Assembly (NCBI GenBank): GCA_021798415.1
Contig: JAJZGO010000004.1
Span: forward strand, 1-49,970
Reading direction: 5' to 3'
DNA from: Thermoplasmata archaeon
Lineage (GTDB): Archaea; Thermoplasmatota; Thermoplasmata; Lutacidiplasmatales; UBA184
DNA: 49,970 nt
Under the pieces are notes generated by a model that ran no database searches, was not told the origin of the DNA, and was given only the letters and a program-made list of their open reading frames with translations. Each line of letters starts with the position of its first letter. Positions within the stretch are counted from its first letter, which is position 1. This document shows positions 27,303 to 36,140 of this stretch, one piece after another. Both the position numbers and the translations under genes were made by a program.

Positions 27303-29504
27303 ATGACCCACATTCGTGCTGAGCTCGCGAAAGCCATCCCCGAGATGATGCGCAACGTCGACCGGATCCGCAACATCGGGATCGTCGCGCACATCCACCA
27401 CGGCAAGACGACGCTGTCCGACAACCTCCTCGCGGCGGCGGGGATGATCTCGAACGAGCTCGCGGGCAAGCAACTCTACCTCAACTTCGACGAGCAGGAG
27501 CAGGCTCGCCTGCTCACGATCAACAACGCGGACGTCACGATCGTCCACGAGTTCGAGAACGAGCAGTACCTGATCAACCTCATCGACACGCCCGGCCACG
27601 TGGACTTCGGCGGGGACGTGACGCGAGCGATGCGGGCGGTCGACGGCGCGATCGTCGTCGTCTGCGCGGTGGAGGGCGTCATGGCCCAGACCGAGACCGT
27701 GCTCCGGCAGGCGCTGCGCGAGAAGGTCAAGCCGGTCCTCTTCATCAACAAGGTCGACCGCGCGATCAAGGAGCTCCAGCTCACCCCCGATTCCCTCCAG
27801 AAGCGGTTCGGGTCGATCATCTCCGAGGTGAACGAGCTCATCCGTCGCATGGCTCCCGAGGAGTTCGTCGACGACTGGAGCGTGGACCCCCGGGACGGGT
27901 CGGTCGCGTTCGGTTCCGGCTACGAGAACTGGGCGATCAGCGTGCCGTACATGCTGCGCACCGGGGTCAAGTTCCCCGACATCATCGACTTCGTCTCGAC
28001 CGGACGCTCTCGGGAGATCGCGCAGCGCGCGAAGATCAACGACGTCATCTTCGACATGGTCGTCCGCCACCTCCCGAGCCCGCACGTCGCCCAGCGCTAC
28101 CGGATCCCGAACATCTGGAAGGGCGAGGTCGGCTCGACGATCGGCCAGGCGATGCTCAACACGGACACGAACGGCCCGACCTCGTTCATGGTCACCGACA
28201 TCACGATGGACCCGAGCGCGGGCGAGATCGCGACGGGCCGCGTCTTCTCCGGGCGCATCCAGAAGGGGATGGAGCTGAGCGTCGCCGGGACGAAGATCAA
28301 GGACCGCGTCCAGCACGTCTCCCTCTTCATGGGTCCCGAGCGGCTGATGGTCGAGGAGGTCACCGCGGGCAACATCGCCGCGGTCATCGGACTCACGGAC
28401 GCCTTCGCCGGCACGACGATGTCGGCGGTCCACGACATGACCCCGTTCGAGGAGATCCGTCACGTCTCCGAGCCGGTGGTGACGGTCGCGATCGAACCGA
28501 AGCGGATGTCCGACCTTCCGAAGTTGATCGAGGTCATGCGCAAGATCGCCAAGGAGGACGCGAGCCTCAAGGTCGAGATCAACCAGGAGACGGGCGAGCA
28601 CCTCCTGTCGGGCATGGGAGAGCTCCACCTCGAGATCACGCAGTACCGCATCGTCAACGACTACAAGGTCGAGATCGAGGCGTCGAAGCCGATCGTCGTC
28701 TACCGCGAGGTCGTGAAGCACCCGGGAGGGCCGTTCGAGGGGAAGAGCCCGAACAAGCACAACCGGTTCTACTTCGAGGTCGAGGCGCTCCCCGCGGCGG
28801 TCGTCCAGGCGATCCGGGACGGAGACATCCCGCAGGGAAAGTCGTTCAAGGACACGAAGACGCTGGTCGCGAAGCTCGACCAGCTGGGCGTCCCCCGGGA
28901 CGAGGGTCGCGGGATCGTCGCGGTCGAGGGGACGAACATGCTGTTCGATGTGACGAAGGGGATCCAGTACCTCAACGAGACGATGGACCTGATCGTCGAC
29001 GCCTTCAAGGAGGCGGTCAACCGCGGGCCGCTCGCCAACGAGAAGGTCTACGGCCTCAAGGTCCGTATCGTGGACGCGAAGCTCCACGAGGACTCGATCC
29101 ACCGCGGACCCGCGCAGACGATCCCCGCCGCCCGCTCGGGGATCTACGGGGCGATGGTCCTCGGCGACCGTCTCCTCCTCGAGCCGTTCCAGAAGGTCAC
29201 CGTCAACGTCCCTCAGGAGGTCCTCGCGGGCGCGACCCGGGAGCTCCAGCGCCGACGCGGCGAGATCCTCGACATGACGAGCGTCGGCGACCTGCAGACG
29301 ATCGTCGCGAAGGTCCCGGTCGCGGAGATGTTCGGGTTCGCTTCCGACATCCGCAGCGCGACCGCGGGCAAGGTCCTCTGGGCGACCGAGTCGATGGGGT
29401 TCGAGCCCGTCCCGGGAGAGCTCCAGCCGAAGGTCGTCGGCGAGGTGCGTCAGCGCCGTGGCCTCAAGCCCGAGCCGTACGACGCGGCGTACTACTCCGG
29501 GTAG
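27303..29504 (+). CDS. fusA: elongation factor 2 (aEF-2)
   Basis: DTPGHVDF, NKVD, GMGELHLE, SPNKHN, HED.IHRGPAQ (diphthamide His); P-loop is AHIHHGKT. Confidence 0.97.
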   Translation: MTHIRAELAKAIPEMMRNVDRIRNIGIVAHIHHGKTTLSDNLLAAAGMISNELAGKQLYLNFDEQEQARLLTINNADVTIVHEFENEQYLINLIDTPGHVDFGGDVTRAMRAVDGAIVVVCAVEGVMAQTETVLRQALREKVKPVLFINKVDRAIKELQLTPDSLQKRFGSIISEVNELIRRMAPEEFVDDWSVDPRDGSVAFGSGYENWAISVPYMLRTGVKFPDIIDFVSTGRSREIAQRAKINDVIFDMVVRHLPSPHVAQRYRIPNIWKGEVGSTIGQAMLNTDTNGPTSFMVTDITMDPSAGEIATGRVFSGRIQKGMELSVAGTKIKDRVQHVSLFMGPERLMVEEVTAGNIAAVIGLTDAFAGTTMSAVHDMTPFEEIRHVSEPVVTVAIEPKRMSDLPKLIEVMRKIAKEDASLKVEINQETGEHLLSGMGELHLEITQYRIVNDYKVEIEASKPIVVYREVVKHPGGPFEGKSPNKHNRFYFEVEALPAAVVQAIRDGDIPQGKSFKDTKTLVAKLDQLGVPRDEGRGIVAVEGTNMLFDVTKGIQYLNETMDLIVDAFKEAVNRGPLANEKVYGLKVRIVDAKLHEDSIHRGPAQTIPAARSGIYGAMVLGDRLLLEPFQKVTVNVPQEVLAGATRELQRRRGEILDMTSVGDLQTIVAKVPVAEMFGFASDIRSATAGKVLWATESMGFEPVPGELQPKVVGEVRQRRGLKPEPYDAAYYSG

Positions 29505-29593
29505 GACGACCGAGCGCTTTCGCCCGCCTTCCCGGGGACGCCGGGCCGGTCGCGCCCGGACTACGCGGTGCCGTGGGAACGGCGGCCGGAGAC

Positions 29594-29655
29594 CTACTAC
29601 GACCTGTAGCAGGAACGGACCACGGGCGGCGTTTAGTTACTACGCTTCGTAGTAG
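29594..29655. repeat. two imperfect 19-bp palindromes, YTACTACG-N3-YGTAGYAG
   Basis: CTACTACG-acc-TGTAGCAG (29594-29612) and TTACTACG-ctt-CGTAGTAG (29637-29655). Confidence 0.65.
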
Positions 29656-30247
29656 CTCTGGCCCGACGGGAGGGGCCCGTCGGGAGGCCGATGAGCTCGT
29701 CCAGGGTCCGCTGGCCCCGGGGCCGGGGGCCTTCGGCCGACCGCGAGCGGATCGGCCAGGCGCCTTCGTGGTCGAGCAGCCAGCGTTTGCGCCAGAGGCC
29801 GAGCCCGTAGCCCGTGATCGAACCTCCCGTGCCGATGACCCGGTGGCACGGGATCACGATGGGGATCGGATTGCGCCGCATCGCCCCCCCGACCGCCCGC
29901 GCGGCCCCGGGGAACCCAGCCCGTCGCGCGAGCTCGCCGTAGGTCACGGTCCGCCCCGCCGGCACGTCGATCAGCCGCTCCCAGACCTTCCGGTCGAACG
30001 CCGAGGCCGTCCCGGTGTCCGGCACGAGGTCGAACGCGGTGCGCTGGCCCCGGAAGTACTCGAGGAGTTGGCGGGCCGGGTTCCCGGCCGGGAGCGGGGG
30101 GCGGCGACGGACCGCCCCCGTCGGCACCCCGCTCTGGGCGAGTCCGTTCTCGAGCAGGTCGACCACGCGCACGCTCGAGCCCTGGTAGACCACCCGGAAA
30201 GTCCCGATCGGAGTGGTCACGTCGGAGTACTCGACCGGGTCGGCCAT
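29633..30247 (-). CDS. ogt: methylated-DNA--protein-cysteine methyltransferase
   Basis: VPAGRTVTYGELA, ARAVG.AM..NP..IVIPCHRVI, K.WLL.HEG; alternative start GTG 30295. Confidence 0.93.
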   Translation of the reverse strand: MADPVEYSDVTTPIGTFRVVYQGSSVRVVDLLENGLAQSGVPTGAVRRRPPLPAGNPARQLLEYFRGQRTAFDLVPDTGTASAFDRKVWERLIDVPAGRTVTYGELARRAGFPGAARAVGGAMRRNPIPIVIPCHRVIGTGGSITGYGLGLWRKRWLLDHEGAWPIRSRSAEGPRPRGQRTLDELIGLPTGPSRRARATTKRSN

Positions 30248-30281
30248 CGCCGGGGCAGGTGCGGGCACGCTTATCTCCGTT

Positions 30282-30989
30282 TCAACCCGGGCCACTTCTC
30301 GGGGGACCCCCCGGGCTCTCGAGGCCGGTCGGGGTGATGCGGAACTCCGCGGCCCCCTCGGGGAGCGAGCGATGCTTGACGAGCACCACGCAGCGGCGGT
30401 CGCCCGGAAGGCGGTCGAACCGCAGGATCGTCTTTGCGGCGTGGTTGAGGAACGAGCCGCCGAGCGGCTCGAGGGTTCCTTCGCGCACGCTCCGGTAGAC
30501 CTGGTTCGTGAACAGCACCGGGACGTGGGCCGAGAGCGCGGTCACGACCAGGTCGGCGACGCCGACGGAGAGGGCCTGGCGCGCGTCGTCCTCGTCGGGC
30601 CCCGAGAGAGAGAGCCGGTAGTAGAACGTGCCCGAGTCGACGACGATGAGGCCGACCGGGCGCGCCCCCTCGCGGGCGAGCCGACACGCGGTCGCGACCG
30701 CCCGGCCCTGCTCGTCGAGGCTCTTCGGGCTCGAGAGCAGGAGCCGACCGAGGACCTCGTCGAGCGTCGGGCCGCAGACCGCGCTCAGGCGGTCGACGCT
30801 CACGCCTTCGGTATCGATGTAGAAGACCCAGCGTCCCGACCTCGCCACGCGCGCGGTGACCTCGAGGCAGAAGAGCGTCTTGCCGCTCCCGCCCTCTCCG
30901 TAGATCTCGGTGACCGAGTCGCTCTCGAGCCCGCCGCCGAGGAGCCGGTCGACCGACGGGATCCCCGTCGGCTGGCGCTCGGACGGCAT
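30282..30989 (-). CDS. radB: DNA repair and recombination protein RadB
   Basis: LLGGGLE, GEGGSGKT, YIDTEG, TNQVY, KHRS motif; no N-terminal HhH domain; 235 aa. Confidence 0.93.
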   Translation of the reverse strand: MPSERQPTGIPSVDRLLGGGLESDSVTEIYGEGGSGKTLFCLEVTARVARSGRWVFYIDTEGVSVDRLSAVCGPTLDEVLGRLLLSSPKSLDEQGRAVATACRLAREGARPVGLIVVDSGTFYYRLSLSGPDEDDARQALSVGVADLVVTALSAHVPVLFTNQVYRSVREGTLEPLGGSFLNHAAKTILRFDRLPGDRRCVVLVKHRSLPEGAAEFRITPTGLESPGGPPRSGPG

Positions 30990-31041
30990 CGGCGCGGCGA
31001 GACGCTCCGAGGGGATAATCTAGTATCGTCGGGGTCGCCCG

Positions 31042-32385
31042 TCACCGGCCGATCGGGTACGGCCGACCGAGCTCCGGCAGCCGTACGCTCGGACCGGCGG
31101 CGCGGAACGCCTCCGGGTGTTCGGTGTGGATCGGAAAGACGGTCGTCGGCGCGACCGACCGGACGATCTCGAAGAGCTCGCGCTCCGACGCGTGCCCGCT
31201 CGCGTGCATCTGGTGGAACGAGAGGCCGAAGTGGTCGAGCCAGTTGTGCATCACCCGATCGTCGACGTCGTCCTCGCTGAACGGCTCGCTCATCGAGTGG
31301 ATGAAGGGGGCTCCGTGCGGGGGCCGCAGGTCGATGAGTTCGGGGAAGTGCAACAGGTCGAGGGCGAGCAGGTACCGACGCCCGTGGGCGCGGACCTCCT
31401 CGGCCGAAAGGGCGTCGTCGAGGAACGGCTTCTCCCAGTTGAAGTGGCGCTTCTTCTTGCGGTCGTAGACGAGAAGACCGCGTCCGGGACCGGGGACGGG
31501 TACGCCCCCGCCGGGGAACTGCGGCGCGACGGTCGTGAGGAGGTGCGCCGTCCGCGCCGAGACCACGAGCGAGCGGTCGGCTTCGAGCGCCGCCGCGTGG
31601 AGGGTGAGCAGCCGGTCGATGTCGCGCGGGTAGGTGCAGGCGAGCGCGAGCTCGGGACGGTCCGCGAGCAGACGGTCGACGTGAGAACGCACCCCCGCCT
31701 CGGAGAGGTTCGGGCGGGCGTCCGGCCCGGCGCGCGTCCCCTCGGTCACGAGGGTGGCCGGGCGCTCCTCGGCCGCGGCCCGGAAGAACTCCCGGGTGTC
31801 CGACGCCCGAGGTCCGTGCTGGCGGAAGTCGCCGGTGTAGACGAGCGAGCCGTTCGACGTGCGGACGATGAACCCGTAGGCGAACGGGATCGAGTGGTCG
31901 ACCGGGTACGGCACGACCTCGATACGGCCGAACCGGACCGGCGTGCGGTCGGTGAACGTCCGGTAGGGGTGCTCCCCGTACCGCATCATCGTCGAGGTCT
32001 CGATCGCCGACATGAGGGTCCGCGTCCCGGCGCCCACGTAGACCGGGATCTCGGGGTCGACGAGGTCGAGGTACCCCGCGTGGTCGGCGTGCGCGTGGCT
32101 CACGAAGATCCCCTGGACGGTCGGGGGCTCCCAGGCGAGGTCGGCGTCGCCGAGCGCGTCGCGCGAGTAGAGGCCGCCGAGGCGGGGAACGAGGCCGAAC
32201 TCGAGTAGGTCCTTCGCCGGGCTGGTGGACCTCGGCTGCAGGTAGTCGACGTAGTACTCCTCCCGACGTGCCGAGAACGACGGCCCGAAGTCGAACAGGA
32301 CGCGGTCCGGTCCGTCCTCGATCAGGAGCTTGTTGCCGCCGATCTCGCGTACGCCGCCGAGGAACGTGACGGTCGGCCCGGCCAT
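31042..32385 (-). CDS. metallo-beta-lactamase/beta-CASP nuclease (RNase J-like)
   Basis: GGVREIGGN, SHAHADH, VDHSI, YTGDFR.HG, HASGHA, PIHTE. Confidence 0.88.
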   Translation of the reverse strand: MAGPTVTFLGGVREIGGNKLLIEDGPDRVLFDFGPSFSARREEYYVDYLQPRSTSPAKDLLEFGLVPRLGGLYSRDALGDADLAWEPPTVQGIFVSHAHADHAGYLDLVDPEIPVYVGAGTRTLMSAIETSTMMRYGEHPYRTFTDRTPVRFGRIEVVPYPVDHSIPFAYGFIVRTSNGSLVYTGDFRQHGPRASDTREFFRAAAEERPATLVTEGTRAGPDARPNLSEAGVRSHVDRLLADRPELALACTYPRDIDRLLTLHAAALEADRSLVVSARTAHLLTTVAPQFPGGGVPVPGPGRGLLVYDRKKKRHFNWEKPFLDDALSAEEVRAHGRRYLLALDLLHFPELIDLRPPHGAPFIHSMSEPFSEDDVDDRVMHNWLDHFGLSFHQMHASGHASERELFEIVRSVAPTTVFPIHTEHPEAFRAAGPSVRLPELGRPYPIGR

Positions 32386-32524
32386 GTCGGACGGCGTACC
32401 CCTACGGCATCTTGGGTGTTTCGGAGGGCCGCGATCGGGAGAGAGACCGACCGCCCCCCCGGGGGCCGCTGCAAAAGCGGCCGGGGCGAGGCGGCGCGAC
32501 CGGCCGTGGGGTCGAGGGGCGCGG

Positions 32525-32659
32525 CTACCGCGCCTTCAGCACCTTCTTGACGTTCGGGTGCTCCTTCGTGAAGATCTTGCCGCCGCAGTTGTCGCAGCGG
32601 ACCCCGAAGAGGTTCGCGTCGGAGGGAAGCCCCTCTCCGCAGCGGATACAGCGGAACAT
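32525..32659 (-). CDS. rpoP: DNA-directed RNA polymerase subunit P (Rpo12)
   Basis: MFRCIRCG...VRCDNCGGKIFTKEHP..KVLKAR zinc ribbon; follows rpl37ae. Confidence 0.88.
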   Translation of the reverse strand: MFRCIRCGEGLPSDANLFGVRCDNCGGKIFTKEHPNVKKVLKAR

Positions 32660-32685
32660 CGACGGTATCGAGCGACCGTGGGGGC

Positions 32686-32958
32686 TTAAGCGTTGCCCGC
32701 GCCGGTGGCCGTCCTCTCGGTCCGCGTGATCGGAGGCGGCGCCTGGAAGACGTAGGCGTTCGAGGCGAACCGCGTGCCGCAGCGCCGGCACTCGAAGATC
32801 CCGCTCGCGACCCGCTGGAGCGTGGACGTCGAGCATCGGGGGCAGGGGGCGGGCCGCTGACGCGCCCGGTCGATCTCGAGAACACGCCGGCGGATCCGGA
32901 TCCCGTAGCGGGGGCCCATCCAACCGGTCGCGCCGACCTTCTTCGTCCGGCGGCTCAT
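32686..32958 (-). CDS. rpl37ae: 50S ribosomal protein L37ae (eL43)
   Basis: RTKKVG.TG..GPRYG, CPRC, GIFECRRCG. Confidence 0.93.
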   Translation of the reverse strand: MSRRTKKVGATGWMGPRYGIRIRRRVLEIDRARQRPAPCPRCSTSTLQRVASGIFECRRCGTRFASNAYVFQAPPPITRTERTATGAGNA

Positions 32959-33743
32959 CGAGCGCCTCCGGTCGCGAGCCCGCGCAGCCGGTCGCCGTGG
33001 ACGAACGCCCGTCGCACCACGTCCTTCACGTCGTCCGGGGAGAACGCGCCGATCAGCCCCTTCTGCATCGCCACCACGCGACCCGTCTCGTCCGTCGCGA
33101 TCGTGATCCGGCCCTGCGCCGCCCGTTCCTCGTCGAACGTCGGGTCGACCACGATCGAGTCGCCGAGGCGAACGAACGTGCACTCGATCGGGACGTGCTG
33201 GACCTCGAGCGGATAGTCGGCCTCGGCGATGCCGAACCGTTTCGCGGGCATGGTCGCGTGCGCCAGCGCCGAGACCGCGGCGAGGAGCGCCGCGTCGATC
33301 AAGTTGCCCGAGTGGTCGAGGACGTGGATGTCGGTGTAGCAGACCCAGCTCTTCTCGCCCGGGGTCACGCAGAGGCGGGTGAGGTCGATCGTCTCGGCCG
33401 CGCGGATGGCGCGGTCGACGACGCGCGAGACCTCGATCGCCCCCGGCTGGGGGGGACCGGGCTCGAACGTCGGGTTCGAGAGCGGGATGAGCTCGGCGTT
33501 GGTCGTCAGCACGCCCGCGTTCGGGGTGTCGGCGAACGGCTTCCCGGGCTCGAGCTTGATGCCGGCGAGGACCGCCGTGTCCCCGATCCGCACGAGGGCC
33601 GAGCCGTCGGCCGTCACGACGAAGCCGGGCTCGACCGTGATCTTCCGGTACTCGTCGGGGCCCCGGCCGTCGAGCCGCTTCCCGTCGGCCGCGAGGTCGA
33701 GGATGTGGCTCGTCCGGATCTCGGCGCTGACCTCTCCGCTCAT
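32955..33743 (-). CDS. rrp42: exosome subunit Rrp42
   Basis: RLDGRG.DEYR, ADGSA, PFADTPN.G, FEPGPP, RVVDR.IR, GNLIDA. Confidence 0.95.
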   Translation of the reverse strand: MSGEVSAEIRTSHILDLAADGKRLDGRGPDEYRKITVEPGFVVTADGSALVRIGDTAVLAGIKLEPGKPFADTPNAGVLTTNAELIPLSNPTFEPGPPQPGAIEVSRVVDRAIRAAETIDLTRLCVTPGEKSWVCYTDIHVLDHSGNLIDAALLAAVSALAHATMPAKRFGIAEADYPLEVQHVPIECTFVRLGDSIVVDPTFDEERAAQGRITIATDETGRVVAMQKGLIGAFSPDDVKDVVRRAFVHGDRLRGLATGGAR

Positions 33744-34492
33744 GCCGAACCTCCCGCGAGCGGGGCGACCGCGTACCGGTCGCGCAGCGCCTGTTTCATC
33801 GTCTCGTGGATCGATCGGCACCCCTTCACGCCGAGGTCGAGCGCTTGGGCGAGCTCGGCCTCCGTCATGTGGCCCTCCATCTGCAGGAGCACCAGGCGGC
33901 CCGACTGCGGCACCAGCGCCATCGGGAGGTCCGCCTCTCCGAAGTTGTCCTCTTCCTTCTTCAGGTCGAGAGCGATCGCCCCTCCGATCTTGCCGACCGC
34001 GACCGAGGGCAGGAGGTCGACCATCGGGATCCCGGCGTCCGCGAGCGCGACCGACGCGGCCACGACACCCGCGCAGCGGGTCCCGGCGTTCGCTTGAAGG
34101 ACCTCGATGTAGACGTCGATGCTCGTGCGGGGGAACTCTTCGGCGAAGACGACGGACTCGAACGCCTCGCCGATCACCTTCGAGATCTCCTGCGAACGTC
34201 GGTCGAGTCCGGGACGCTTGCGCTCGTCGACCGAGAACGCCGCCATGTTGTAGCGGCACTGGATGACCGCCTTGTTGTTCTGCTGGAGGTGGCGGGGATG
34301 GACCTCGCGGGGCCCGTAGACCGCCGCCATCACCTTGTTCGCTCCCCACTCGACGAACGCGGAACCGTCGGCCTGGTGGAGCGCGCCCGCCTGAATGCGG
34401 ATCGGTCTCAGCTCGTCCAGTCGCCGCCCGTCGATCCGTCGCCCGTCCGCGCTCAGGAGGACGGGGACCTCTTTCGCACCTACGCTTCCCAT
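33740..34492 (-). CDS. rrp41: exosome subunit Rrp41
   Basis: RIDGR..DELRP, YGPREVHPRH, DRRS.EISKV, ANAGTRC, DL.KEED. Confidence 0.96.
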   Translation of the reverse strand: MGSVGAKEVPVLLSADGRRIDGRRLDELRPIRIQAGALHQADGSAFVEWGANKVMAAVYGPREVHPRHLQQNNKAVIQCRYNMAAFSVDERKRPGLDRRSQEISKVIGEAFESVVFAEEFPRTSIDVYIEVLQANAGTRCAGVVAASVALADAGIPMVDLLPSVAVGKIGGAIALDLKKEEDNFGEADLPMALVPQSGRLVLLQMEGHMTEAELAQALDLGVKGCRSIHETMKQALRDRYAVAPLAGGSA

Positions 34493-34511
34493 GGTTCCTT
34501 CTCCGAATGTA

Positions 34512-35387
34512 TCAGTGATCGCCCGGTGCGCCGGGCTCGGCCGCGTCGTCGGCCTCGTCCTCGAGGTCGCCGTCCCCGTCGTTGTCGGTGGACGCCGGCT
34601 GAGTGCCCGGGGCGTCCCGGTGCGCGGTTTCGGCCGGGAGCGGCTCGGGCCCCTGCTCGCCCGTCGGCATCGTCGTAAGGAGGTAGCTCTCGATCCGCTC
34701 GGTGAGCCCCGGCCTCTGGCCGTTCTCCTCGATCGTGCGCAGGACCTCCGACACCCGGTGGATCGCCTCGGGGCTCCCGCCGATCCAGACACGGCCGTTC
34801 TGTCCGACCGCGACCTGGGCGCCGGTGAGACGCGTGATCGTCTGGATCATGGACCCGCTGCGACCGACCACGCGGGGCACCCGGGCGGGCGAGATGTGGA
34901 TGATCGAGCCGCCCTCGAGCTTCCCGAGCCCCTCGCCGACCATCGTCACTCCGATGCGGCCGGTCGCGTCGAGGTTCTCGACCTGGACGACCACGCTGTC
35001 CCCGACCCGGAGGTAGCGGCCGGTCTCTCCGACGTCGACCTTCCACGGCGTCCCGGTCATGTGCAGGGGCGCCCAGCGGGGCGCGCCGATGTCGAGCAGC
35101 CAGAACGTCGTCTGGACGTCCGTCACGGTCCCGATCACCACGTCGTTCGGGCGGGGGATGTACCGCCCCGAGAGCGGGATCACCTGGACGAACGGCGGGC
35201 GGGCCGAGAGAAGGCCGAGTATGCTTGCGTAGACCTTCCCGCCGGTGCGGTAGGTCCCGTGGCCCGGTCGGAGGTCCCGGACCGGGAGCTCCTCGCCGGG
35301 GAGAACTAGTATGCGCTCGCCCGCAGATGGCGGGGAGGATGCCTCGCGGCCGCGCCGTCGGCGGCCGGGCCGATTCCCTCTGGACAT
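34512..35387 (-). CDS. rrp4: exosome RNA-binding subunit Rrp4
   Basis: VLPGE, IPLSGRYIP...D.VIG, VPRVVGRSGSMI, GQNGRVWI; Arg-rich N-terminus and acidic C-terminal tail. Confidence 0.94.
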   Translation of the reverse strand: MSRGNRPGRRRRGREASSPPSAGERILVLPGEELPVRDLRPGHGTYRTGGKVYASILGLLSARPPFVQVIPLSGRYIPRPNDVVIGTVTDVQTTFWLLDIGAPRWAPLHMTGTPWKVDVGETGRYLRVGDSVVVQVENLDATGRIGVTMVGEGLGKLEGGSIIHISPARVPRVVGRSGSMIQTITRLTGAQVAVGQNGRVWIGGSPEAIHRVSEVLRTIEENGQRPGLTERIESYLLTTMPTGEQGPEPLPAETAHRDAPGTQPASTDNDGDGDLEDEADDAAEPGAPGDH

Positions 35388-35423
35388 GTTCTGTGCTGCA
35401 CCGGGGCGCGCGACGGAGGTGGC

Positions 35424-36119
35424 CTATTTAACTAACGCGGTCTCGGCCGTGCCCTTCGTGCGGGCGCCGAGCTTCTCGTAGAGCTCGGTCTGGACTCCGG
35501 CGGGGATCTCGACGAGGGCGCTCCAGCTGCCGTCCGAAAGCCACCGCTCCTCCGATATCCGACCGAGTCCCTTGACCTCGCCGATCGCCCGCGGATAGTA
35601 CTGCCCGGGGACCCGGACCCGGACCTTGACGACCTCGAAGCGGATCGGGATGAGGGGGCGGAGCTTCGCGAGGATCTCCTGGACCTGCGCGTCGACGGGA
35701 CGGAACGGGTCGACGTGGACCTTCGCCTCGGCCATCGCGGACTCGATCCGCGCGGGAGGGTGGGGCGCGCCCGTCTGCGGGTTCATCGCGTTGCGGGCGA
35801 TCAGGGTGACGATCTGGCGGTGCTTCGCAGCCTGGAGCTGGTGGCGCTGCTCGGTCGTGACCTGGACCTCGCCTTTGAGGACGATCTGACGAGCGATCTC
35901 GGCGAGGTTGCGCGTGTGGAACGTCTTCTCGAGGTACTCCTCGGAGATCTTGTCGCCCTTTTTCGCGTCCTTGAAGACCTGGTCGAGCGCGAGCTTGTCC
36001 GAGAGGTCGACGTCCTTGCCGTCCTTCAGGTCCTGGACGGCCTGGGGGTCGACCAGGACCTCGAATCGGGACCCGTGGGTCTCCCAGCGCGCGATGACCG
36101 CGTCGTCGACGTTGACCAT
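35424..36119 (-). CDS. ribosome maturation factor SBDS/Sdo1
   Basis: FEVLVDP, VFKDAKKG, GEVQVTTEQR, NPQT..PHPP.RIE.AM. Confidence 0.96.
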   Translation of the reverse strand: MVNVDDAVIARWETHGSRFEVLVDPQAVQDLKDGKDVDLSDKLALDQVFKDAKKGDKISEEYLEKTFHTRNLAEIARQIVLKGEVQVTTEQRHQLQAAKHRQIVTLIARNAMNPQTGAPHPPARIESAMAEAKVHVDPFRPVDAQVQEILAKLRPLIPIRFEVVKVRVRVPGQYYPRAIGEVKGLGRISEERWLSDGSWSALVEIPAGVQTELYEKLGARTKGTAETALVK

Positions 36120-36140
36120 CGGGCCCCCTGGCGGGAGGCA

